DNA from: Octopus sinensis
Lineage: Eukaryota
DNA: 64,000 bases
Assembly (NCBI RefSeq): GCF_006345805.1
Contig: NC_043008.1
Location: forward strand, 57,164,001-57,228,000
Reading direction: 5' to 3'
Part shown: positions 26,829 through 38,185 of the stretch, one piece after another
How the letters are laid out: each line of letters begins with the position of its first letter
Numbering within the stretch: the first letter of the stretch is position 1
Program-made: the position numbers and the translations under genes
The notes under the pieces: model-generated
The model's input: the letters and a program-made list of their open reading frames with translations, nothing else
Told to the model about the DNA's origin: nothing
Databases searched by the model: none

Positions 26829-26910
26829 AACCTCTCCCGGGCGTCCACCAGGTGGGGGTGACTTCTTTCATCGTCTCCATTCTTGCCATCTTTGCCCCAT
26901 ATATATATAT

Positions 26911-27070
26911 TCACAAAAAGAACAAAAGACGAAGACAGGTGGTGTACACAACAAACAGATGTATTAGTATAACGCTCGGGAAGTGAAAATGTCTTTAACG
27001 TTTCGAGCCTACGCTCTTCCACAGAAAGGAGCACAGAACGAAACAAGGAGAGAAAATAAAGAATGTGTAG
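26911..27070 (-). repeat. Repeat with minimal hammerhead-like motif (26993-27028)
   Basis: CTTT-CTGTGGA-A-GAGC-GTAG-GCTC-GAA-ACGT-T-AAAG. All three helices can be drawn; core A6 is replaced by U. Confidence 0.6.
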
Positions 27071-27136
27071 TTTCTCAGTGGCGTAGCGCATAAAAGTGAC
27101 CGTATAGGTAAAATTAATTTTTTTTTAAACTATAAT

Positions 27137-27327
27137 TATAATTATGGGTTACTGGATATAACTAGCGCCTGCGCTAGAAGTAAATGTCAAATACCTACAA
27201 AACACTCTAAAATGTGTTCTCTATATTCAAGGTTGAATATAGGAAACAAATTTTAGAGTGGATCGTAAGTATTTGACATCTACTTCTAGTGTAGGTTCTG
27301 GTTATATCCAGCAGCCCTTAATTATAA
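27137..27327. repeat. Imperfect ~190-bp palindrome (MITE-like)
   Basis: Centre CTATATTCAA-GG-TTGAATATAG at 27221-27242; diverged arms extend to TATAATTATGGGTTACTGGATATAAC / GTTATATCCAGCAGCCCTTAATTATA. Confidence 0.8.
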
Positions 27328-28499
27328 TCATATTTTATAATTATGTTTAAAAAAATTGTGTATATATATAATACGATGTGCTTGCACGCAGTTTCCAAAT
27401 TTGCTAACAGGGCATTGGTTGGCCCGGGGTTATAGAGGTAGTGAAACATAAATTGAAACTGAGACCACGTTGTTACTGAGCAAGCTTCGTAACAATACAG
27501 CCCCGCCTACGCCTCATATTCAAAAGATTTCATTAATTAGTACAAAGATTATAATTTGAAATCTGAAATAATTATTTCAAAGAAGTCAATATCTTTCAGT
27601 TGTAAGACTTCAGTTAATAGATTATATAATTTAATAGTTTTAATAAAATCTCCGGACTTCAGAGTAATGCACGCAGAGAAACGATAGTAAAATTCTGATG
27701 AAAGCTATCTGGGTAGGGAGGGTTAAGTGGTTAAGAAATTCTCTTCGCAATAATTTGATTCCGAGATCAAATGTCATAGCACGTAACTTTGGGAAAATGT
27801 CAGGCTTTGGGAAAAGCCTGGAATTGAATATTTTGTCGTGAGTACAACTTGAGAGAAAGAAACGGTGCATATATGTGTATATGTGAATGTTTGGGCTTAT
27901 TGGTATATTTCATTATTACCTTGCCTTACTTTCGGCTCTCAAATACAGATAGAGATGTGGGGCCGCTCTCATGATTCACAGAACGTTTGGGGCATTTTTA
28001 GACTCAAGGGGCAACAACACTTTCCAAGCGATTTGGCACGAATTCACTGGAAATTAAACCGTTTTTAACGATAGTACTATTTGGCACTGGAACCAAACAT
28101 ACACACTTATGTGCAGAAATGTGAGGTTATTGACGGTTGACATAAATTCTTTTCCTTTCTTCATGTACATAAATAGAAATATGCTAAGCAGGGAGAGAGA
28201 GGTGGTTAATGGTGGGATAGAATGAAACATTACAACGTCTGATGTCAAATAAGTCAGCGTCGAATCATCGACACCAAAATGGATTTGTTTCCAGGTTTAG
28301 CTGAAGCCAACTGATTTCAAACAGGCAGAAAGGAAGGAAAGAAAGAAAGAAAGAAGAAAGAAAGAATGAAAGAAAGAAAGAAATGGAAATTCAATCTCGT
28401 TGGTATTTGAACTCATATCGCTGAGAGCCGGAACTACCACCTCGAGACAAGCTAATCACCGCTTAACGACACGACCAAATCGTCTTTCGCTGTCGTGTG

Positions 28500-28770
28500 T
28501 CTGTTGAGTATTTGCTTTGCTAGGGTTGTTGACAGGGACGTAAACAATCCGGTTGTCACGTGGTATGCTAGACAAACACTCACACACATACACACGCGCG
28601 TGTGCAACGGGCTTCCACACAATTATCGTCCACCATATTCACTCACAAAGCATTGATCGTTCCGGCAGTTATAGTAGAAGATACAAGCCCAATGTTCGGC
28701 GCAGTAAGACCGAACCTGAAACCACATGGCTGTAAAGCAAGCTTCGTAACCACACAGCCATGCCTGCGCT
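28500..28770 (-). mobile_element. Degenerate SINE family A
   Basis: Reverse complement of GGCATGGCTGTGTGGTTACGAAGCTTGC...GGTTTCAGGTTC and later body motifs. Confidence 0.7.
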
Positions 28771-28776
28771 TGTAAA

Positions 28777-29455
28777 TACTGGGTTGGTCGTTCCATGCTT
28801 TTTTTGTTTAAGCGAAAATAAGATACAAGTTTTAAACACAAAATGATTTATTCAATCAATGATATCATTGCCTTTTCGTTCTTTTATTTTCTGCTATATG
28901 GCAGGCAGATTCGTTAATCTCTACTCAAAAAATTTCCTGTCTTTACTGGCGAAAAACTCTCCGGTGCGTATGTTTACTTCTTCTTCGGAATTAAAGGTTT
29001 GTCCGGTCAATGTATTTTGAATAGACCAAAACAGGTGAATATTGATGGTGCGGCAAAACTTTCCAACTAAACCTCAGTAACTTCCGTCGCGTCTACAAAG
29101 AAATATGATGCCTGGAATTGTTGTAATGAAAGATGATTAGCAAGTGCTGAACACTTCACGTCGATCGCTGCGTTTAATTTGTCCAGCTTGTCACAGTACA
29201 CATCTAGGTTGATGGCCCTATCCATGAGAACAAGCTCGCAGAAGACAACTCTCTTTCATTCCCACCATATTGAAAGTATAACCTTCTTCGAGTGAAGTCC
29301 TGTTTTGCAAGTTGCATGTGAAGGTCCGCAGCGCTTCCCCTAGGATTGTTTTCTCCTCACATTGTTAGAGAATATCCATTTTTTCGTACCCTACCACCAT
29401 TCTCTTTGAAAAAAAGACCGTTCTTTTTCACGTTTCTGCAACGAATCACAGATGG
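28777..29455 (-). mobile_element. Mariner transposase relic (catalytic domain to 3' TIR)
   Basis: Translation with stops: TKKWIFSNNVRRKQS*G...KTGLHSKKVILSIWWE*KRVVFCEL...AINLDVYCDKLDKLNAAI. TIR-like TACTGGGTTGGTCGTTCCATG at 28777. Confidence 0.8.
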
Positions 29456-29479
29456 AATGCATTGGGCGAGGTTAGCCTC

Positions 29480-29700
29480 ATGCAAATGAGGGATCGCAGG
29501 TTCGAATCTCAGACTGGGAAATGTGTGTGTGTGTTTATGAGCGAAACATCTAAGCTCCATGCGGCTCCGGTAGAAGGTAATGGTGAACTTCTGCTGACTC
29601 TTTGGTCACAACTTTCTCTCACTCTTCTCTCCTGCATCTTGCAGCTCACCTGCGACAGAACGGCAACCCGTCCAGGGACAGAAACATCGAGCCTGCTTTT
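29480..29700 (+). mobile_element. SINE family B, degenerate
   Basis: GGGATCGCAGGTTCGAATCTCAGAC...GAGCGAAACATCTAAGCTCCATGCGGCTCCGG, same body as 31741-32036. Confidence 0.8.
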
Positions 29701-29714
29701 TTCATATGCAAGCA

Positions 29715-30010
29715 ATTATTTCGGTTCATTGTTCCATATAGCTTAAACTGTGCTTCATCAGACAATATCATTGTCACAAACTCTTCATCCTCGCCTACGA
29801 AGTGTTGAAACCAGTCACAAACCTTGATTTTTCGAGTAGGATAATCATCGTTAACTGCATGTAAAAATCTTGGAAGGGGTCAAAAAGAGACAAAACAGGT
29901 TACAGGTTACATGTATTAACCCTGTGGTTCCTGAATAAATTCGAGTATTGAAATATTTCTACATATTTTTCATTCCTTGAAGTGCATGGACATTTTCGGG
30001 CGGACACTGT
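29715..30010 (-). mobile_element. Second Tc1/mariner-superfamily remnant (5' TIR joined to the first-Asp region)
   Basis: TA|CAGTGTCCGCCCG terminus at ~30010; HAVNDDYPTRKIKVCDWF...ILSDEAQFKLYGTMNRNN matches the D.DRR.EFC.W...WSDEA.F.LNG.VNRHN transposase pattern. Confidence 0.7.
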
Positions 30011-30095
30011 AAATATATATGTATATATATAAATTAATCAAAGGACATAGTAAGTATGTCTACCTGCTTATAATTTTTGAATTATATATATACAT

Positions 30096-30187
<92 letters not shown>

Positions 30188-30869
30188 GCATACATGCATA
30201 TATTCAGCGTCAGACAACTGCAGGTGCTCATCGTACGTTTTAGTTTCATTCTGAATATTTCATGCTGCAAGTATACCTTTTTACAGAAACATTAATGAAA
30301 CATAGAATCACTCTCTAAATGCTAAAAATGATAATTTTGTTGTTGTTGTATGGAAAGCGAATTGCTTACACATTAATTCGGAAGCCATCCGCATGATAAA
30401 CAATAGTTAACTTAGTGTTAACATATTTAATGCATGATGCATTAAAAGCCTCATTGGAAATCATTATAAGATGAGGCAGATAGACAACTACTTAGATGTA
30501 ACTAAATGTTAATATATTTAATGGCTGTACTAACAAAAATTTAACTATGAATAATTAAGCAGCGAGAAAAATAAAACGTTTTAAGCCAATAGGCATTGCT
30601 TTGCTGCTTTCGCAAGTTATTCAAATTCGCTCTGCGTTTCAAACGGAATCGTTATTGTAAGTGATTACAAATGGCATATAATGGAATTTAAAGTGAATCT
30701 TCTAAATTATTTAACAACGAGTGCAGGAATGTTTTAGAGAAGCGAAAGTCGGCGAGCGCTTTTCGTCTTCTCCCATCCTTATCATCCTTATATCATCATC
30801 ATTCGTCCTATTAATGTCTCTGTCTAGCCCTCAAGCTTCTCTCGTTGTGCTGCCCTTGTGGCAAATTTA

Positions 30870-31120
30870 ATGAAATAGAGAAGCTTGCTTCCCAACCACA
30901 TGGTTTCGGGTTCAGTCCCATTGCGTGGTACCTTGAGAAAGCGTCTTCTACTAAATCCACCGTCGACCAAAGCCTTTTTAGTGAAGTTTGGTCGATGGAA
31001 ACTAAATGAAGCTTGTCGAATAAATAGATACGTGTGTGTGTGTGTGTGTGTGTTTGTGTTTGTGTTTGTTCCTCACCACCACTTGACAGCTGATGCTGGT
31101 TTGTTTGTGTTCCTGAAACT
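30870..31120 (+). mobile_element. SINE family A, partial
   Basis: AGAAGCTTGCTTCCCAACCACATGGTTTCGGGTTCAGTCCC...CGACCAAAGCC...GGAAACTAAATGAAGC. Confidence 0.8.
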
Positions 31121-31442
31121 TAAAAAAGGTATGTCCCCGCTTACCCACCCTTCCTATTCGCCCGATCTTGCTACATGCGACACTTCCCCCCATCCCGAAT
31201 AAAAAAGTCCTTAAAGTAAAATGTTTTGCAGATGTGGATGAGGCGAACAAACAAACGACGGGGGCGTTAAACGGCATCACTTCACAAGAATTCCAGGATT
31301 GCTTCGAACAGTGGAAGATGCGTCTGGACTGATGCATTGCTTCAAATGGAAAATACTTTGAAGGCAATAAAAGTGTAAACACGTAAAACTAAGTGAATAA
31401 AATAGCATTGCAAAATTCCGGTTTCTTTTGGGTACGCCTCAT
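31121..31442 (+). mobile_element. Mariner 3' remnant with TIR
   Basis: LTHPSYSPDLATCD (YSPDL motif) ... FQDCFEQWKMRLD*CIASNGKYFEG; ends AAATTCCGGTTTCTTTTGGGTACGCCTCA|TA. Confidence 0.85.
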
Positions 31443-31740
31443 ATATTTAGTATGAGAAATCATTGCTTGGTTATGTTATTGATCTTTCGATCATGTAAAT
31501 AAGTCGAGCGTTGGCAGATTGTTATAAGAGCTGAGGTTAGAGATATACCAAACCAGATCACATTCATCCTTCTCCCTACAGATTCTTTTATACCCCTCAC
31601 TACTTTGAAGATCCATTGTTCCATTCACAAGATGAACCAATCCTAAAATATATTTAAAACTTAGAAAAACCAAACTAAGTTACATTCTGATGACTTTCAA
31701 ACTTTACTTTGTAAAAATTAAATATAGTAATCTGTTAAAC

Positions 31741-32036
31741 GTGGAGGCGCATGGCCTAGCGGTTAGAGCAGCGGACTCGTAGTCGAGGGATCGCAGGTTC
31801 GAATCTCAGACCGAGCGATGCCTGTGTTTATGAGTGAAACACCTAAGCTCTATGCGGCTCCGGCAGAAGGTAATGGCTAACTTCTTCTGTTACTGTTACT
31901 CTTACTCTTTCCTCCTGCATCTTGCAGCTCAGCTGCGACGGACCGGCGTCCCGTCCAGGTGAGGAACCTATACGCCAAGGAAACCGGGAAACCAACCCTA
32001 CGAGCCAGGCGTGGCTTGAGAAGGAACAAACAACAA
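31741..32036 (+). mobile_element. SINE family B, tail type 2 (V-domain-like)
   Basis: GTGGAGGCGCATGGCCTAGCGG head; CTGCGACGGACCGGCGTCCCGTCCAGG; (AAC)n-like end. Confidence 0.85.
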
Positions 32037-32780
32037 TCTGCAAAATAGCTTTGTATTATTCTTCCATCTATCATTTTTCTTGTTTTTAATACGAAACAAC
32101 TTAATAAACACATACAAACATATATATACGCATGTATGTATCTATGTATGTATATACGCATGCATGTATTTACGTGTGTATGTATGTGTATATACATGAA
32201 TTATATATACATTATTAGTACATAGTGTACTAATTATTTATATAAATAATATTTCTTATATAACAGTGTACTCGTATATATATATACATATATGTGTGTG
32301 AGAGAGAGTATTCATCTGTTTATTTATGTGTATATGTATATATTAAACTACTCATGTCATGTAGTAAATATCGCATTTATCAAGTGATTACAAAAACTAT
32401 TTCGCAAGTATCATTTGCAGATGGTTCTCTTTTCCCATATACATATATCATATGTATTTAGTATATCGCATTGTGAAGATGCAATCAGCAATCCGGATCT
32501 CATGTGGTAAAAAAAGCAATATAGACTCGTACTACTTTCTTGAAAACTGTCGTCATATATCTCAAGTGATTTCTTTTTAAAGTAGAAAGTTTTCAGAATG
32601 TTTCTAGATTCTTACACGTAAAAGAAAAAAATTATTCATCTATAAAATAATAACCAATCTTCATGTAGAACTTCAAATGAAACCAGCAAGAGCAGGAAAT
32701 ATCTGGTTTACATTGTTGTGTAAAATGAAATGTATATATACATATTTCTGTTTTATTTTGTTTTTGTAGTGAATGATAGG

Positions 32781-33153
32781 TGGCCCAGTGGTTAGGGCAG
32801 CGGACTCGCGGTCGTAGGATCGCGGTTTCGATTCCCAGACCGGGCGTTGTGAGTGCTTATTGAGCGAAAACACCTAAAGCTCCACGAGGCTCCAGCAGGG
32901 GATGGTGGTGATCCCTGCTGTACTCTTTCACCACAACTTTCTCTCACTCTTACTTCCTGTTTCTGTTGTACCTGTATTTCAAAGGGCCGGCCTTGTCACT
33001 CTCTGTGTCACGCTGAATATCCCCGAGAACTACGTTAAGGGTACACGTGTCTGTGGAGTGCTCAGCCACTTACACGTTAATTTCACGAGCAGGCTGTTCC
33101 GTTGATTCGGATCAACCGGAACCCTCGTCGTCGTAACCGATGGAGTGCTTCCA
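32781..33153 (+). mobile_element. SINE family B, tail type 3
   Basis: Highly similar to the reverse complement of 37798-38185; tail ends GTAACCGATGGAGTGCTTCCA. Confidence 0.9.
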
Positions 33154-33526
33154 CATAGGTGTAAGCATAGCTGTGGTTTTTTGTTTTGTTTTTTTTTCTC
33201 TTTGCAACCATGTGGTTTTGAGTTCAGTTTTCTTGGGTAAGTATCTTCTATAGCCCCTGGCCAACCAATACCTTGTGAGTAATTTTCGTGGATGGAATCT
33301 GTACGGAAGTACAGTTGGTCTTCCATAAACAACCTTGACCAGGTTTGTGCCTCTGAGGGTAACTTTCTAGGTGCAATCCCATGGTCATTCATGATGGAAG
33401 TGGGTCTTTACCATTTACCTCAGTTGAATTTGAAATACCGCTAAATATTATGTCCGGCGTACCAACGATTCTACTTGCTCGTCGTCTTAAACAACATTAA
33501 GATATCCCGTCCTAGCTTAGCCAACT

Positions 33527-33887
33527 TTAGTCGCAACCACTATCATAGCTTGCCGTTGGTGGTTTGTTTGTTTGTTTGTTGAGCGAAGCGGTCTTCGTCC
33601 TGTCTGTAGTAGAAGTCCGAAACGTGGTGCCCTGACACCGAGAGCATCGACGGATGGATGAATGCGCATCCAGGCTCAGCGGTTGCGTAGGAAGTCGGGG
33701 ATAAGAAACAGGAAGAAAGAGGGAAAGAAAGAGTACAACAGTGGTCGCCACCACCCCCTGCCGGAGCCTCGTGGAGCTTTAGGTGTTTTCGCTCAATAAA
33801 CACACACAACGCCCGATCTGGGAATCGAAACCGCGATCCTCCGACCGCGAGTTCGCTGCCCTAAACATTGGGCCATTGCGCCTCCAC
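33527..33887 (-). mobile_element. SINE family B, tail type 4
   Basis: Same head and body to CTTCCTGTTTCTT, then an unrelated tail ATCCCCGACTTCCTACGCAACCGCTGAGCC. Confidence 0.85.
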
Positions 33888-34662
33888 TGTTGTCTTAGAA
33901 ATCCGATTCAGCAATTTCTTGATGAACAACTTCACGTCTGCCTGTGCTCCTTCACTCCACCAAATCGATATTGTTTGTACAGGAACACGATGTGCCAAAC
34001 GTCAGATGTCGAAGTGATCGGCGGGCAACACGAAATGAAATGTTTTGCTCGAAAGCGGGACGCACTGACCAGTTCGGGAATCGAAACCACGATAACGAGT
34101 ACAACCCACCAAACTCTAGGCTGTCATTACTATTGTCATACTTCATATGACAATAGTAAAATCTACATACTCACAATATTCCATGGTAAATCAGATGGTG
34201 ATGTCACGTGAAATATATTTCTTAGTAAAACTCAGAATGTTATTACAAAGTGATGTAATATGGCCGTTGGTATCGCTTTCATTTTATCATTTTTTTTCGT
34301 TTAACAATTCATTTTCATAAATTTTAATTATAATGTTCTATGTCCCCATGTCTTTTGGTGTCCCCTTCTGTGTCGCCCCTAGTGGGTAATAAAGAAATCA
34401 CAAAGTGATGTAATATAAATATTTGCACCAAGACATTTTTATCAAGTTCCAAATGATATACAGTCTTATAACAACTAAATGTATGTCAAGAATATCAGTA
34501 GATATTAAATGTTTTATCATGAAATATAAAGTCCCGACTATTTAAAGCTTTTTTTTTTTTAATGTTCTTCACGTTATACGAAAACATTAAAGAAAACTGA
34601 ATATAACGAAGACAGATATGCTGTCAAAATACTGTACAAATCGTATCGCACTCTATTGTGTA

Positions 34663-35034
34663 CTAGCAGTATCACCCGGCGTTGCTCAGGTTTGTAAGGG
34701 AAATAACTATAAAGCATTTTTAGAGAGTTATAGCCCTAAAAATGTAAAAAATGATGGTAATTTTTTTTTTTAGTTAAAAAAGGTGGAGTTGCGTCCCCTA
34801 GACAGTTTGTGGTTCGTGTTTCTGATTGTCGACCCCATGTCGAATTTATCGATTTTTTTCAGAACTGGGGGAACTTTTCAAAATTTTCGCTGCGTTAGTT
34901 TTGAATTATGACATTGGGCTATGTGTGTGTCAAATTTCATCAGAATCGGTTGAAAGCTGTGGTCAGGGTGAGGGTACAAGCAAACAGACACACAGAAACA
35001 CGCACAGACAAACTGCCGTTTATATATAGAGAGA
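34663..35034 (-). mobile_element. Non-autonomous Helitron, sister of 524-907
   Basis: A|TCTCTCTATATATAAACGGCAG...GCAACGCCGGGTGATACTGCTAG|T; empty paralogous site at 35554|35555. Confidence 0.9.
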
Positions 35035-35588
35035 TTTACCTTCGATAAGTGGTACGTGGATCTTCATAAATTATTGTTATTATTTTTTTGTTGTTGTTGG
35101 TGGTGGTGGTATTATTATTATTATTGTTATTGTTATTGTTATTATTATTTATTATTATTAAGGCCTGTAATTTGGGGGAGGAGAAAATCGATTAATGCCC
35201 TTTTAGCCCTGAAAACAGACGAGAATAAATATATTTGAGAATTATTAACGTCACGCTCAGGAGGAAAACAAACAAAATGACAGGAGAGTTCCATCAAAAC
35301 TTTTCGAACAAGTCAGGTCATGCTATCTTTTCCTTCGCTTTTTTACTTTTTTTTTTGTTATCAATATACGAAAAAGCGAAAACTGAAGACAACGTTTTGT
35401 CTAAGAAGGAGGGGGGTAGGATATACAAGTTTCAATTTTCAATTTCTGTATTTCTGCGTACTTTTCATTTTCTTTTTTTGTTTTTTTGTTTTTCATTTTC
35501 AACCCATGCTGTCAAAATACTGTGCAAATCGTATTACACTCTTTTTATTGTGTATTTACCTTCGTGAAGAGTGACATGGATCTTCATA

Positions 35589-35624
<36 letters not shown>

Positions 35625-35845
35625 TATTATTATTATTATTATTATTTTATGGGTTTTTCCACGAGTAACCTTTCGAAGCGCCTCCCCCTATTGGGAGTTT
35701 TAATTGATACTTATTTTTCGTTGTCATCCTGCTTTTGTACACGGACTTTTTTCAAACGGACAAAACCCTTTGTAACCTTTCGTCCTGTGTTTTGTCCCTT
35801 TATGTTTTAATTGATTTGTGTTAGCCCTTGTGGCAAATAAACGAG

Positions 35846-35877
<32 letters not shown>

Positions 35878-36300
35878 GGTGGCGTACTAGCAGAATCGTT
35901 AGCGCGCTGGACGAAATGCTTAACGGTATTTCGCCCATCGCTACGTTCTGGGTTCAAATTCCGCCGAGATCGACTTTACTTTTCCTCCTTTCTGGGTCGA
36001 TAAAGTAAGTACCAGTTGAACACTGGGGTCGATGTATTTGACTCATCCCCTCTTCCAAAATTTCGGGCATTGTGCCTATAGTAGAAAGGGTTATTATTAT
36101 TAAGGCGGCAAGCTGGCAGAATCGTTAGCGCGCGGGACGAAAAGCTTACCGATATTTCACCCATCGCTACTTTCCGAGTTCAAATTCCGCTTAGGTCGAC
36201 TTTACCTTTCATCCTTTCGGGACCAGTTACGCACTGGGGTCAATGTAATCGACTTAATCCTTAACTCCCAAATTTGAGGCCTATGCCTCCAGTAGAAAGG
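35878..36300 (+). mobile_element. Two tandem SINE family C copies separated by (TTA)n
   Basis: AAGGTGGCGTACTAGCAGAATCGTTAGC and AAGGCGGCAAGCTGGCAGAATCGTTAGC heads, Nin-like core, tails ending GTAGAAAGG. Confidence 0.85.
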
Positions 36301-36492
36301 ATTATTATTATTATCATCATTATTATTCATTAGCTGTTCACTACCAGTGAAGTAAGGTAACACCCCTTATTTTTCGAGCACCATTTAGGAGTATTCGAGC
36401 GGTTCCAAGCAGTACTGTTTTCTGCAAGTGCTCTATTTATCATCATCATCATCCTCATTATTATTATTATTATTATTATTTATTATTATTAT

Positions 36493-37031
36493 TGAGTGAG
36501 AGAGCAGTGCATGCCATCAAAATGACACCGGGATAAAATATACGAAGCCCAGTATACCCATCATGACTGCCCGTCTGATAAGGGTACACTAAGAACATGC
36601 ATCACAACCGTGTGTGCGCGACATGGTGATCTCGTATCAAGATAAACAGCACATGACTTTGCAGGTGGGGCCCAGTTAGAATTTTCTTCTGGTCGAGTAA
36701 CCCATCTCGCTCAAAATGTCCCTGAATAAGGTTTGTTTAAGGATGTTGAACAAAACACCCATGTTTCCAGAGGTGAGTTATCCAAACCCCAAAGAATCCC
36801 CCTCAACACATGGCTATGATGCTCCCCCACTACTTCTGCTCGTGATCAGAGATGCACATATCGTCAGCCAATAAGGGATATGCTCAACTGGTTATGGTCA
36901 AGCAACTGACAAGCAAATCTGTGGTATTGAGCAGAATATTTGCTGTAGCCCCTCTTTTATACCAAGACAAAACAACGTACATGATAACACTTCCAATCAG
37001 TTAAGATCAGAAGCCACTGCCTGGTACTGCA
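36493..37031 (-). mobile_element. Family D non-coding element, most complete copy, flanked by (AAT)n on both sides
   Basis: Minus strand TGATGCAGTACCAGGCAGTGGC...GGCATGCACTGCTCTCTCACTC-AATAAT. Confidence 0.85.
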
Positions 37032-37049
37032 TCATTATTATTATTATAA

Positions 37050-37089
<40 letters not shown>

Positions 37090-37149
37090 TGTGAGGAGTC
37101 GTAGCCTAGTGGTTAAAGTGTTGCACTCACGATTGCGAGATACGGTTAA

Positions 37150-37410
37150 GGATTTTGCCCGGTGCGCTAATGATTCTGCCAGCATGCCGCCCTAATAATA
37201 ATAATAGTGCTTTCTACTAAAGGTGCAAGGCCTGAAATATGGCGGGAGGAGACTAGTTGATTACATCAACCCCGATGTTCCACTGGTACTGATTTTATCG
37301 ACCTCGATAGGATGAAAGACAATGTCGACCTCGGCGGAATTTGAACTCAGAACATAAAGACGGATGAAATGTCACGAAGTACTTTATGCAGTATGCTAAC
37401 TATTGTGCCA
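37150..37410 (-). mobile_element. SINE family C
   Basis: Reverse complement of the Nin-like core (GTTCAAATTCCGCCGAGGTCGAC...TTTCATCCTATCGAGGTCGATAAA). Confidence 0.8.
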
Positions 37411-37491
37411 GCTCATCTGAAGATGATGGTGATGGTGATGGTGGTGGTGATGTTGGTGGTGGTGGTGGGGTGGTGGTGGTGGTGGTGGTGG

Positions 37492-37523
<32 letters not shown>

Positions 37524-37797
37524 TGGAGGAGGAGGAGGACGACGACGACGATGATGATGGTGTGTGGGTGAATAAGTAGATTGGTCTGATTGTGAAAAAG
37601 ATAAAATAAACCATTCACAGTATCGAAATATATATAAAAAGAACTAATTATTTATTGAAGAGAAATGTGATGAATAGAAAATAACTAAGTAGATATAAAT
37701 AGCATAGGAACCTAGGCTAAGTAATGAATGGGTCTCCATCAATGTCTACGATGACTATTCATCGATTCGAACAACCGAACTATATTCACATTGAATT

Positions 37798-38185
37798 GGA
37801 TGGAAGCACTCCGTCGGTTACGACGATGAGGATTCCGGTTGAATCGAATCAACGGAACAGCCTGCTCGTGAAATTAACGTGTAAGTGGCTGAGCACTCCA
37901 CAGACACGTGTACCCTTAACGTAATTCTCGGGGATATTCAGCATGACACAGAGAGTGACAAGGCCGGCCCCTTGAAATACAGGTACAACAGAAACAGGAA
38001 GTAAGAGTGAGAGAAAGTTGTGGTGAAAGAGTACAGCAGGGATCACCACCATCCCCTGCTGGAGCCTCGTGGAGCTTTAGGTGTTTTCGCTCAATAAACA
38101 CTCACAACGCCCGGTCTGGGAATCGAAACCGTGATCCTATGACCGCGAGTCCGCTTCCCTAACCACTGGGCCATTGCGCCTCCAC
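37798..38185 (-). mobile_element. Full-length SINE family B (tail type 3) with 12-bp TSD
   Basis: Flanked by the direct repeat TCACATTGAATT at 37786-37797 and 38186-38197. Confidence 0.92.

Larger units (their letters stand above)
23188..26898 (-). mobile_element. Near-complete CR1-group LINE
   Basis: ORF1-like frame, then APE endonuclease, then RT, then a short 3' UTR ending GGCGGTGCCCCAGCATGGCCACAGCTCATAAGCTGAAACTAGAAT. The 5' end abuts (AT)n. Confidence 0.95.

Noticed and set aside
31491-31645. Exon-like segments on both strands (GLVHLVNGTMDLQSSEG; FFYTPHYFEDPLF)
   Set aside because: Acceptors are plausible but there is no good donor, no phase match to the candidate exons and no recognisable homology.
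37386-37618. Poly-Pro/His/Ser ORFs resembling transcription-factor low-complexity regions
   Set aside because: (GGT)n/(GAT)n arrays adjoining a SINE; no splice or domain support.
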